In this document: in pieces, positions 49,209 through 60,724 of the stretch
Position numbering within the stretch: the stretch's first letter is position 1
How the letters are laid out: each line of letters starts with the position of its first letter
Assembly (NCBI GenBank): GCA_021613535.1
Contig: CP075493.1
Span: 14,322,001 to 14,386,000 of the forward strand
Length of the DNA stretch: 64,000 bases
Direction: 5' to 3'
Source of the DNA: Adineta vaga
Taxonomy: Eukaryota; Animalia; Rotifera
Program-made: the position numbers and the translations under genes
The notes under the pieces: generated by a model
Seen by the model: the letters and a program-made list of their open reading frames with translations, nothing else
Told to the model about the DNA's origin: nothing
Database searches by the model: none

Positions 49209-50286
49209 ATGTCACACAATCTATCATCATCATCATCATTACCATCAGATGGTAGTATTGAAACATCTCTTACACGTACAATCAAACTGGTTCTATTCGC
49301 AGTACCATTAGGACCATCACTAATGTGTTCGCTTTATATTATGCTATGTTTCGTTTTTGAAAGTAATCTACGTCGTCGTACCAATCATGTAATGATTGCT
49401 ATCATTATTATTGATTTGATTGAGCTTATCGGTGATCTTATTCCTATATCACTACCATATTTATACACAGGTTGTATTCATAATATATTCATTTGTCTTT
49501 ATTGGGTCACAGGAAACTATACATTACAAGGTATCGCTGCTTGGTATATGGCATGGGCATCGATCGATCGATATCTTCTCATCTTTTACCAACTTCTTCG
49601 ACCGACATTTATTCGACATGATCTACCATTGTTAATTATTGGTATATTTATTGTTAGTTGGTATATTATTATTACATTTACTCATCCATGTTCAGAAGAC
49701 TGGTTTGATAAGACGAAATTTCTCTGTGGTGGACCCTGTTTCAATACTAGTGCTATGACAGCTACTATAGATTGGATTCTGATTGTACTCATACCTGCAT
49801 TGCTTATTATTGTAGTGAATCTCGTGCTGCTCGAAAAAGTTCTGTTTCAAAAATGTCGACGTCTTTCAGGATCAGTCAGACGTCAAATAAATTGGCGAAA
49901 AACAAGAAAGTTACTAGTTCAATTACTTGGTATTACTGTTATTTTTTTGCTCACTCAAGTTCCTCTAGTTATTCTTGCATTGATACAAATATTCTTTTTA
50001 AACAATTTTCTCATTGATGTCTCACATTTGACTCTACTATATGCCTTATTTAATTTATATTGTTACACCGTTTGTTTATCTAGCGACAACTAAGAAGTAC
50101 CGAAAACGTTTATGCCATCGTCAACGTCGTGTAGCAGCTATGATCGTGATACCTCTTCATCGACAAAAACATTCATATGATAATGAAAGAAATGTCGTAG
50201 AAGGACAGCATCTCAATCATATCTCTAAAGTAATTCCTGTACAAGAATCGGAGTCACGTCTTCGATTGAATACTCAAACAATATAA
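49209..50286 (+). pseudogene. Rhodopsin-class GPCR with a frameshift before TM7
   Basis: Six TMs and WASIDRY in 49209..50093; TM7 (YMPYLIYIVTPFVY) is in another frame. The junction at ~50020-50040 also has TGA in the TM7 frame. Confidence 0.78.
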
Positions 50287-50409
50287 AAAATAATCAATTG
50301 ATGATGACAATGATGCAATATTATTTTCTTTTAACAAAAAATTTCACAAACTAAAATATATAATTCATACATTCATCTGTGAAAAAAGGTTCTTTCTTCT
50401 TAAAACCGA

Positions 50410-53400
50410 TTAGTCTCTTTTCGTTAATTGTTCTGCAGTTTCACGCGACAATGTACTTGGAGGATCGAACGTAGAATCGGCTATAGCACTAACTACTGAT
50501 GTATCTTCTTGACGATTGTTTTCGACCGGAACTGCACCAATAGGCGTTTGAAGTTGTTATTGCGATAGCTGTTCACTAATGAATTAAAGTGCCGCTGTAG
50601 CAGCTTGTGCATGATCACATAAGACATATAAGAAAGTTTCATCATCTTGTTTTCTTTTCGAAGGATTCGGATTAATCTGAAGTTCAAACTGGTTATCGAT
50701 TTCCGAATATGTATAAGCATATTTATCTGTATTCGTATAAATAATTAATGACATTTTGTGATATTGCTTAGTGCCAATGGAATGCCTAACTCGATTTCTT
50801 AATTGTTTGACGGTGTCTTGATGATCAATATTCGGAGTAAAAGCGTGAATTTTCACTTGTGTCCGACGAACATTGTGCAAATAAGCGAGTAAATCATTAT
50901 TTGGCGATTGTAATTGATTCGAGCACGATAAACTAGAATACACTAGATGAGTCTCCACAGTTTCTTCTGGTGAACTTTCTTGATCCTCTAAAATAACATT
51001 ATATCCATGTCGAATATCGTTTGTTATTGAATCAGGAAAAATAAATTCGGAACGAATACGTCTCCAATTTTCATAAATAAATTCGAATTCAGATTGATTA
51101 TTATTTTCATTGAACAATTGACAATATTGTTCTTTGATATTGCTTTTTATATTTTCCTCTTGCCTTTCATATGTGGGATTATGGTTGGCATGAATACAAA
51201 TAAATACAACACGTAATATTCCGTATTCATTTTTCCATTTAATATCATGCGATGAATTTGAATGGATTTTATAATTCTCCAACAATGGATTTCGCACGGA
51301 AAATTTGTTATTATATTGGGCCCGGAGGCGTCTGATCACGTCATGATGTATAATAACCGTATGAATTAAAGAATCATCATCGGGAAGACTATCATTATCA
51401 GATAATTTTGGCATTTGACCATTCATATCCCAAAAGCAGAAATTTTGCGTAGCTTGGAAAATACTCTTGAGTTGTTTCACTGACTTTATCGTCGATGATG
51501 AAATCGCACGACAATATTCAGCAGTCAATGATTGATGACCCGGATGTCCAGCTAAGCATTGATCAATTGGCCAAATTCCATCATCATCTGTTGCAAGAAT
51601 AATTGGTGCGTCAATATCGATCAATGCATCAAAACAATGTGATTGGGCATGAGTACCTTGCCGAATTGTTTGTCCAAGTAGATACTCATTACTTGTCAGA
51701 TTGACTTCGAATGCAATTGTCTTGAACAAAAAATTTGCATGCTCACGCATTTCTGCAAGAAGTACAGATGATTTTCGATGTCTAGATTGACTAATGTTTT
51801 GACCTAAGATTCGATCGAAAGCGATGCCATGACCAATTCGTATGCCATATTTGAGTTCTTGTTGAAGAAATCGTAAACAACGAAAAACGATATAAATGTG
51901 TGCAATAAATAATCGATAAGCTGAATTATTATCATCGGCAAATATTACATTTTCACCACAATGAATACGTACACCAAAGTTTTTATTACCTCCTTCTTTC
52001 TCTCGTTCATTTTTGATAAAATTAATAAATGGCCGTGCTACAAATGGGCAATAAGGATAACCTAATTCATCTCCAAATAAATCAAATCCAACTATCCATT
52101 GAAAAAAATATTTAGTTGATTCGCTGACTTTTTTGAGTTTTTCCAATTGTTTCAAACAAGGACTAAATGGATTTATTGTTGCTTGAGCAGCGTCGGACGC
52201 TGATGAATTTCTTTCATTTTTGCTCTTGATAATCTCGTTAATCATTAAAATAATTGCTTGTGCTGGAGTAACATATAAAAAGTGAATTGCTGACTTTATA
52301 TTCGTCGGAAGTGGTGCTTCTACATTTCAGCGATCGAAACCTGCCAAAAATTTGTAAGTGAATTTAAGTAAATCGACGGAATTATTTTCACGATCCGGTG
52401 ACATCGCTCCTTTAAAAGCAAATTCCAAATGAGGAAAATGTCCGCTGAGAACGATCTGTGAGAAAGAACTATAAGCATCGCTTGGTGTATATACGTTCTG
52501 TTGAGCATCTTTTTGAATATTTTGAGTATTTGTTTCATCATAAACTCGAACACTTCGAAGCACATCGAATACCCATGGTCGACAAAGATCATTGGCACTG
52601 ACAGAAAATTCACAATAACGAACAAGTGGTAAACAAGTGGTACTATGTTCAATAATATATCCAATGAGCGTAGCTAAAATATCCAAACGTTGAGAATAAA
52701 TTGAATCTTTAAGAGCAAATCGGCGGGGATAAAATTCGGGGTGCAAATTTTCCATAAAATGTATGTAAATCAACATGATGTGTTTGTGTTCCATCAGGTT
52801 TACACATTGTAAAAGCATTAATGATATAATTGCGTGCTTGCTTTTTGACTTCATTGGGCGCGTTCTGATCAATAGTGATAAGATCACGTAATTGTCCAAC
52901 TTGTAGACCGTAAATAATTTCAAATTTCTGTTCACGAGCACTGAAAATAATCCAATCGCGAAAATTGACACTGGATGACTCTGAATAAAAACCTAGTTTT
53001 TCAGCAATATCCAATTCGATTAGGTCACGATTTGTCTCTTGATTGATACCAAGGCTTTTACCAAGATCAGTCAATTTCAAGACGACATCATACGAGAAAT
53101 CATCGCGAAAACTTAAGTCACGATGTTTCATTTCCTGGTACAGCTCGTCTGTTGTCAAGTGACTGAATGATGAACTGAATTCATTAATCTTCTTGTCGGT
53201 AGATGAATCTTTTTCCGTTGGTGGAACATCGTTTTTCACTAAATCGTTAAAAGCTGCTGCTGCAGTTCTTCCATCAACGAAACCACCCTTTTCCTGATTA
53301 GCCCAAACAAGTGGACATAGCTCTTCACGCAGTCGAGTATTCTCTTCAATTAGAAATGTTTCATTTTTTGGCATAATAAATGGATTCATTAATACTGTGT

Positions 53401-53515
53401 CGACCCAAAATCTACTATTTCCTATTCCAAGTAAATGAGTATGAAGATCATACAATTGATGTTGTCGTTTAAGTACCATCAATGGTGATGTTTGATATTC
53501 ATTCGATGTTGCCAT
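50410..53515 (-). pseudogene. Large (~1000 aa) adenosine/AMP-deaminase-like amidohydrolase, disrupted
   Basis: DLHTHL, GFDLFGDE, RIHCGE, RIGHG, EVNLTSN and ATDDDG motifs in order. One extra C in GCACCCCGAA (~52740); in-frame TGA at 52327-52329; TAA at 50584 and 50557 with the frame otherwise open to 50410. Confidence 0.78.
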
Positions 53516-55050
53516 TGTTTGTATCGACTCAAAAACAAATATACTGAATGATTAATCTCAAATCAATTATTCCTGCAAGAATAATAGTGATTATAAAAAA
53601 ATTAGAAGTGATACAGTAATAAAAAAAACCACACCAGTATTATACTAGGTAAAGAAACAGTCACGAACATTTTTTAACATGAAGATAAATGCAATAGAAT
53701 GCAGACGAACATACATGTAATTTACCATCGAAGATACATGCAAATACTTCATGATAAAGAGCAGACATAGAGAGACGGAAAAGAAAAGAAAAGAAAATAG
53801 AATGTCTTTATAATTTGTCGAGTTATTCGATAAGTTAAAACGTTTATTTCATGATATATAGATCTTCCTCTCAACTGATCATATCGCATTCTATGAAGAG
53901 AATTCCTTTTCACAAACGTGTCCAATCATAAAAGTTGACAAATTGAGTATCAGAAAATACAAAACAAAATACTTTTTTCGATTTTATTTAAAAAATAATT
54001 TATGATTTCATATTAAAGTTATATGCGTAATGATCGCTATCTTCGTGAAATATTCCAGGTGGTAAAAGCAAAAAGCGGAATGTATTATTATCAAAAGAGA
54101 AAAATGTTGAATGTAAAAGATTGAATACTTTGGAAAATATCTGTTCTTTCGTTTTGTACATTTTTTTTGCGTGAATCCGATGTGTATAATAAAGTAATCT
54201 TGATTCAAAGGTTTTTTTCTATGAAATGATGTATGTGACTCATTGAAAAATAATTAATAAAAGCTTATTAAGAATCGTCGAAAGAATATAAAGGATACAA
54301 GTTTTTTTCCACCTAATTCTGATATTTTTTATGAATAATTGCAGTTATTCACAATAACTGACGGGTCCATAAAAATACAAATTATAAGACCAAATTAAAT
54401 TTACTTGCATATACTAACTTGAATGAGAGAACGCAATTGAACTTCAAAAAAAATATTCATACACGCAAAAAGACGCGCAAAAATTTTTAATGAACAGGAC
54501 AAGAATCTTCGCCATCATCGATAGCTTTTATATTAAATTATAGACAACTTCAAGTGATTCCATTTTCGACTGCGACTATAGATAGTCGTTCTAAAAGAGG
54601 ACAGAAGTGTATACTATAGTAACTTATAATCACAAAAATGTATGCGTTGCTCGTTGTGAATGTTTTATTAAAGATCGATATTGACTGTATTCAAAGGACT
54701 CACGTTAGTATAATTGCCAATTTAATCATGTTCTAGCAAGATATCGAATGGTGAACATTTACGAGACATCTTAAAATTCATCGGCTAGGGAGAGGACTTC
54801 ATGCACTTTCTCCAATTTTTACACGATGGTGCTTCTCGTCTCCAACTCCACCGAATTTCTCATATACAACACACGTAGAGTTATTTTAATTGGAAATAAC
54901 CTTTTTCTTTTCCATTCTTCTTATACGGTAACTAAGAGATGACGACGTTATAGACAAAACGAAAGAATTCAGATGTATACATAAAGAACTTTTTTTTCCG
55001 TTTTTTCTTTAATTTTTTCAGTAATACAAAAAAAAACGACAGGTAAAATA

Positions 55051-55796
55051 ATGTCTCTTTATGCCCTTATCATGATTGTATGGTCTATATTCTTTACACC
55101 AACACCAAATCACAACAATTTGTCAACTAATTCTTTATTCTTCCAGAAGAGTTGACTACTGTTCTTAACAAAAGTCAACAGTTTTGGTGTACTCTGAATC
55201 TCCTACTCTATCGCATGAAATCAGAGACAATCGTTACCAAATTGAAACAATTGGCTACAAGAATTTCAATGAATGAATAAAGTTTTCTTCGTGATGCATT
55301 TCGAGTAATGTCTACCGAACGAAATACGGAATATCTTGTTCATGCAGTGGAATTTTATTCACCGGTTCAATTTTATGAAAACTCAAATGACATGATGAAA
55401 CTATTTCAATGGAGAGTCTACGAATTGTCCTGACCATCAATTGATGTAGAAGGCAAAGATATATTACAACTCGAGTTCGTCGCACAATACAGCCTAGAAT
55501 GAAACGTATATCGTTATGGAATATTCACACACGTGCTTGGCAGAACAGATATCGAGGATTGGGGACATGTGTCTATTGCTAATTTTGGAACAGAAGCTGG
55601 GGCAGCTTTCGATGGATACTATCAAACGAAATTGCTCGTCATTGAAGATTTGACATTTTTGAATGGATTGCTCATATTAGCCAAATCGATACGCAATCGA
55701 AAAACACGAATTAATACTATAATTCATTACGGTTACATTCGACGACTTCAAGAAAGTCTCGGTCATGAAATTAGTAGTGATAACATTAGATGTTAG
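55051..55796 (+). pseudogene. Decayed gene for a probably secreted protein of unknown family
   Basis: Hydrophobic start MSLYALIMIVWSIFF; frameshift near 55130; then one protein-like frame 55131-55796 broken by TAA, TGA and TGA (..EFYSPVQFYENSNDMMKLFQWRVY..YSLE*NVYRYGIFTHVLGRT). Confidence 0.55.
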
Positions 55797-56364
55797 AACA
55801 GGGCGGCGATTTTGTCAGTGTGGCTCTATGTCCAATCAAACTATAATAATGACATCCTCCAGTTGTTATGAATTCTGTCAGAGATGTGTCAAGAACTTAT
55901 TTTCGTCAAAGATTGACTAAAGCATTTTTATTCACTTACCTGTGAAATCCAAACGTTATTAGATGATCAACGAACCCACCAAAAAAAGTATGATGCGACT
56001 ATACGTCTCTGTTTTCCCTTTCGTATTCTTTGTCAGTAGAAAAACTTCAATGCAAATAAAACCAATGATTACTAATACTGTCACGCTCAAACGCTTGGTT
56101 TTTATTACTCCTCATTATTTTATCCTAGAAGATCTTGTGTTGTTTTATAAATGATTAGAAAAGCAGACATTTTTTTCGTTCCTTCTTTTTCGGTTGGTTA
56201 TAAATATGACTACGCACCCATCGATTTATCAAAGAGATGTGTTCTAATGCTACTTTTATTCTATTTTGCTTGTATATTTAAGAGTTCAACTGAACAAAAA
56301 ACAACAACAACATAGAACAGTCGTTGATTTAGTAGGCAACTAATGAATAACAGCAAAATTGTAA

Positions 56365-56666
56365 CTAGCCTGATGCACATTCGTGTACACCGCTACCGTA
56401 CCATGCATCACATCCATTTGATCCTTCAGTGCATCGAGGAACATGACCAGAACCTGCTTTTATACACCAATGGCATGTCGGTGCCATGCGGAGACAACCA
56501 GTACAGTCTCTTAGATCTGAACATGCATAGCCTATGATAAAATAAATATATAGTTATAATTTATGTTTGTCGAATTAAAAACTAAACATCATTTACCGTT
56601 TGTATAGCCAAGAAAAGTACCGATCAATAAAACTGTAAAAACAATAAAGAATTTGGTTGATACCAT
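56365..56666 (-). CDS. 78-aa secreted stand-alone PSI-domain (8-Cys) peptide, two exons; absent from the ORF track
   Basis: Exon 56666-56597 encodes MVSTKFFIVFTVLLIGTFLGYTN; 65-bp GT-AG intron 56532-56596; exon 56531-56365 encodes GYACSDLRDCTGCLRMAPTCHWCIKAGSGHVPRCTEGSNGCDAWYGSGVHECASG*. Confidence 0.85.
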
Positions 56667-57830
56667 GATTAACGAAGATTACAGAGTATGATGGTAGTTG
56701 AAATGAATGAATGTATTGACTGACATGAAATTGCGGTTAGTATTTATCAGATGGTGAACAAAGACGAGAAGGAAAGCGAAGAATGTTAAATTTTTATTGC
56801 TTTAATATAACAAAACATTTGTTCGATATCCAATTGAAAGAAAGGTCAAGTTCAACGAAATAATTAGCAACGTCTGATCATTGGTGAAAAGATAAAATAG
56901 GTAACGAGAAAAGCTAAATTAACCAATGAGCGCACTATAGAAAAAGATAATACACATACGTAAGTCTTGTTTTTGAGATGATTTATCTCAATTCAATTCT
57001 CAATGGTCCAATCTTACAGATAGTTTTACTGTAAACGAACATTCTGTTGTCATGATATTGTAATAATCAAACTAATATCAAAAATCTTTAATGTTCACAT
57101 TGTTTTCTACTCAATCAAGGAAGTATGAGTTATATGAAACTTGAAAAGTCGTGTTTTTATAAGATTTGGGTGTTGGTGTGAACGTCGTTATTGTTTTTAA
57201 TCACACTCTCATTCATACCTATACCCTAGAATCAACACACGCAATGGTGTGATTCAGTCGTCTACGACTACAATATTTTTTCCACTTAAAGAAATATCAT
57301 TATCAATCGATCATTAATAAGAAGTTTTGATGTAAGCATATAAATAAAACGCTTTTCTCTTCTCCTGAGTATGCCATCTGTAGTATTATTTCACTCGCTG
57401 TTGCATTGGTCCATTCCTTTTAACCTCAATTTAATTCACTCATGCTTTCCATTATGTAATGCAAATGAGTCACAGTTGCGCACAGTCACTATGCAATTGT
57501 GAAATTACGCGCAATTGCGGCTCTGTCGTTAAAATATGACCAATACGGACACTCATTAGCTGTTATTTTTACCATTCATTTTCTATTACAGCAACATTTG
57601 AAATTTGTGTCCACGATGTCTGATCGATGATTGAAAAATATTCCGACTAATAAAAATACGACGGACACGAAGATGATAGAATTTGAATTTTTCTTTGATG
57701 AGTGTATAAGGATCTGGATGAGATTATAGAAGAAATATTTGTTACACGTACTCATAGCCTGTACTTTTTAGTTATTGATTTTCTGTTCTTCGTCTTGTTT
57801 GCTCTTCTTTCTAGACCAAACTCATTTATT

Positions 57831-58505
57831 ATGCTTCGTACTCCACGTGTTTTATTCTATCATGGCCTTGAATCTGGAGTCAAAGGTCGAAAATCGCTCT
57901 ATCTAGCAGAACATTTTCCTAATTCTTATACTCCGAATCTCAAACCTTACTACTTACTGCCACTGTCTCTTTGGAAAGCGATCGTAGCAATCCATCGATT
58001 TAAACCAGATATTATTGTTGGAAGTAGTTTCGGTGGATTTGTTGCTATGCTTTTACTTCAAAAACGAGCTTGGAATGGACACACAGTTTTGTTGGCGCCT
58101 GCAACCGGTCTTCTATTCAAGAAAAGACTTTGGCTACCCGAAGATTATAGGAAAAATATTGTTATTGTAGCTGGAAAAAACGATACAACTGTACCTTTAG
58201 ATGGATTAGCATCATTACAACGACTGTCACGAGATAATGTACGATTTCTAGTGGTTGAAGACGATCATCGACTAAATCAAGCAATGATAGAACAGAATCA
58301 ACTAAGAGATTTAATCAACAACACTTATGAATCAACAGTAACTACTGATACGATGATCAACAACTATTTTGATTGTATAAAGTTATGGCTGACGTGTATG
58401 CTTTCTGTAATCATCTCATTTATTCGAGAACCATTTACTCTTTACAACACTACCAAACGGCTGCGCAGACTGAAAAAGGAAATCATCGAAACAGACGAAC
58501 GTTAA
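57831..58505 (+). CDS. Small alpha/beta-hydrolase (YqiA/UPF0227-like esterase) with a hydrophobic C-terminal tail, copy 1
   Basis: FYHGLES oxyanion motif, GSSFGG nucleophile, GKNDTTVP (Asp) and EDDHRL (His). ATG 57831 is where similarity with copy 2 begins. Confidence 0.85.
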   Translation: MLRTPRVLFYHGLESGVKGRKSLYLAEHFPNSYTPNLKPYYLLPLSLWKAIVAIHRFKPDIIVGSSFGGFVAMLLLQKRAWNGHTVLLAPATGLLFKKRLWLPEDYRKNIVIVAGKNDTTVPLDGLASLQRLSRDNVRFLVVEDDHRLNQAMIEQNQLRDLINNTYESTVTTDTMINNYFDCIKLWLTCMLSVIISFIREPFTLYNTTKRLRRLKKEIIETDER

Positions 58506-59610
58506 ATATAACTTTGTTAATAAATGATATCTAGATGTTACGAAGAGTGTATTTTTTTGTGTCTTTATTAAAATATTCCTATTAAAGAATGTGAAACTGA
58601 AAGTAAGAAGGATAGAAAAATGATCCGATATGAAAGAATAAACGACAAAAATAGTGGTTTTGACTAATATATTGGGCTGAACTCTTCACTTTTTTTTAGT
58701 GACAGCCATTTTCAAGTAATGACAGTGTAATAAAATCGATGCGACGCAGCGATTTCCACGAGCGTCATTCTTTAGCTCATATATATGTTATCACACGATC
58801 ACAGATTTTGAAAAAACTGAATTTTAAAACAGACACAAAATTAGAAATAGTTATAGAAAAAAGAAACAACTGACAACGAGTGAAGCGAGACGATTAGAAT
58901 TCTTCGTTCATATGATGAAGTTGCTCACTACAGTTTTTGTTAAATCGTTTTTTTCGTATCAATTTTAACCATGGCAAACTAGCGACACTCTTTGCTAAAG
59001 AAAAGAAACTTTAAAAAATGAGATAAAATAGAAATAAGCACAATGTTTATTAGAATATGAATTTTTTTTTAATTGTTTTGTAATTATGAGGGAATTGTAG
59101 GAATCGGTGATGAAATGTCATTAAAACATGCCGATTAATCACCGATTCTTTAGATTGACGTGATTCTGCTATGTAATGAAAAGAGAATTCTGCCTAGTCG
59201 CACCTTTTTGTAATCTATCGAGAACGTCATATGTAATATCATTTCACTCGCTTTTGCACTTCTTCATATTCATGGCTAAGAAGCGTATTTCGAATTTGAA
59301 TATCCATTATGTCTATATATTATCAATCATCTGGAACTTATATTTTATGGATGACGATGAGATTACACAAGAAATATCAATTACACGTACTGTCATGGCT
59401 GCTCGCCATATCATCGGATGAGTCATGTATGTATGTAACGAGTATATATAAGCGTTGCACTTTTTCTTTTGAGTATAGATTATGTTCTCTCTTATTAGTC
59501 ACGAATAAAGGTTTTCACGCGTGTTCATATCTTATACTTTTTACTACTTGATTTTCTGCTCATCATCTTGTTTCTCTCCTGTTATGTTTTATAGATTAAT
59601 CTTATTCATT

Positions 59611-60276
59611 ATGCTTCGTACTCCACGTGTTCTATATTTCCATGGTCTTGGGCCCGGTGTCAATAGTAAGAAATCACTCTATATAGCTGAGCATTTTCCT
59701 AATTCTTACATTCCCAACCTCAAACCTTACTACTTATTTCCACTGCTTGTTTGGAGAGCTATCATAGCAATCTATCATTTTAAACCGGATATTATTGTGG
59801 GAAATAGTTTCGGTGGATTTATAGCTATGCTTTTACTTCAAACACGCGTGTGGAATGGACACACAATTTTATTAGCACCCGCAACTGGTGTTCTGTTTAA
59901 GAAGAGACTCTGGCTACCAGAAAATGATAGGAAAAACATCGTTATTGTAGCTGGAAAAAATGATACAACTGTACCTTTCGACGCATTAGCACCATTACAA
60001 CGACTGTCACGAGATAATGTACGATTTCTAGTGGTTGAAGACGATCATCGATTAAATCAAGCAATGATAGAACAAAACCAACTAAGAGATTTAATCAACA
60101 ACACTTATGAATCAACAATAACTACTGATACGATGATCAACAACTATTTTGATTGTATAAAGTTATGGTTCATGTGTCTGCTGTCTGTAACGATCTCATA
60201 TATTGTAGAACCATTTACTCTTTTCAAAACAATGAATCGGTTGCGAAAACGAAGAAAAGAGAAGAGAAGAAATTGA
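59611..60276 (+). CDS. Small alpha/beta-hydrolase, tandem copy 2
   Basis: YFHGLG, GNSFGG, GKNDTTVP and EDDHRL; ATG lies 1780 bp downstream of copy 1. Confidence 0.85.
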   Translation: MLRTPRVLYFHGLGPGVNSKKSLYIAEHFPNSYIPNLKPYYLFPLLVWRAIIAIYHFKPDIIVGNSFGGFIAMLLLQTRVWNGHTILLAPATGVLFKKRLWLPENDRKNIVIVAGKNDTTVPFDALAPLQRLSRDNVRFLVVEDDHRLNQAMIEQNQLRDLINNTYESTITTDTMINNYFDCIKLWFMCLLSVTISYIVEPFTLFKTMNRLRKRRKEKRRN

Positions 60277-60724
60277 AACAGACAATCGTGAACTATAATT
60301 TAGTTAATAAATTCTTTCTAGGTGTTTCAAAGAGTAAAGAGACTGAGGGTGTGTATCACAAGAAAATACATCTACATTATTTTATTCATCAATTCATTTG
60401 TTTTTCTAACGCACGGTATTATCAGATTATAAAGACAAGTAACTTTCATATTTCAGTTCAGTTTTTATAATTCTCTTTCGAAAAATGAGTTCAACTATTC
60501 AACTCAAATATCAATAGTAGTTGAAGTTAACTTTGGAATGTTAAAAAAGCACATCACATTCATGTGATAGTAATCTACCTTTTCGCCCATATTATTAAAT
60601 AAATAATCAAGGAACAAATACTCACAAAAACGAATATGAATGATGAATAATCATTGTTCACTTATGTGAACTTGCTACATACACACACATACACAAAAGA
60701 AACAAAAAATAAAGAAATTTGTAT

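Noticed and set aside
52327-52329. In-frame TGA (also 44226) as selenocysteine or an alternative genetic code
   Set aside because: Not at a Cys-type catalytic position, no SECIS recognised, the deaminase also has a frameshift, and intact neighbours use TGA as a normal stop.
56343-56537. 64-aa + strand ORF
   Set aside because: Antisense to the PSI-peptide exon, which has signal peptide, splice and Cys-pattern support.
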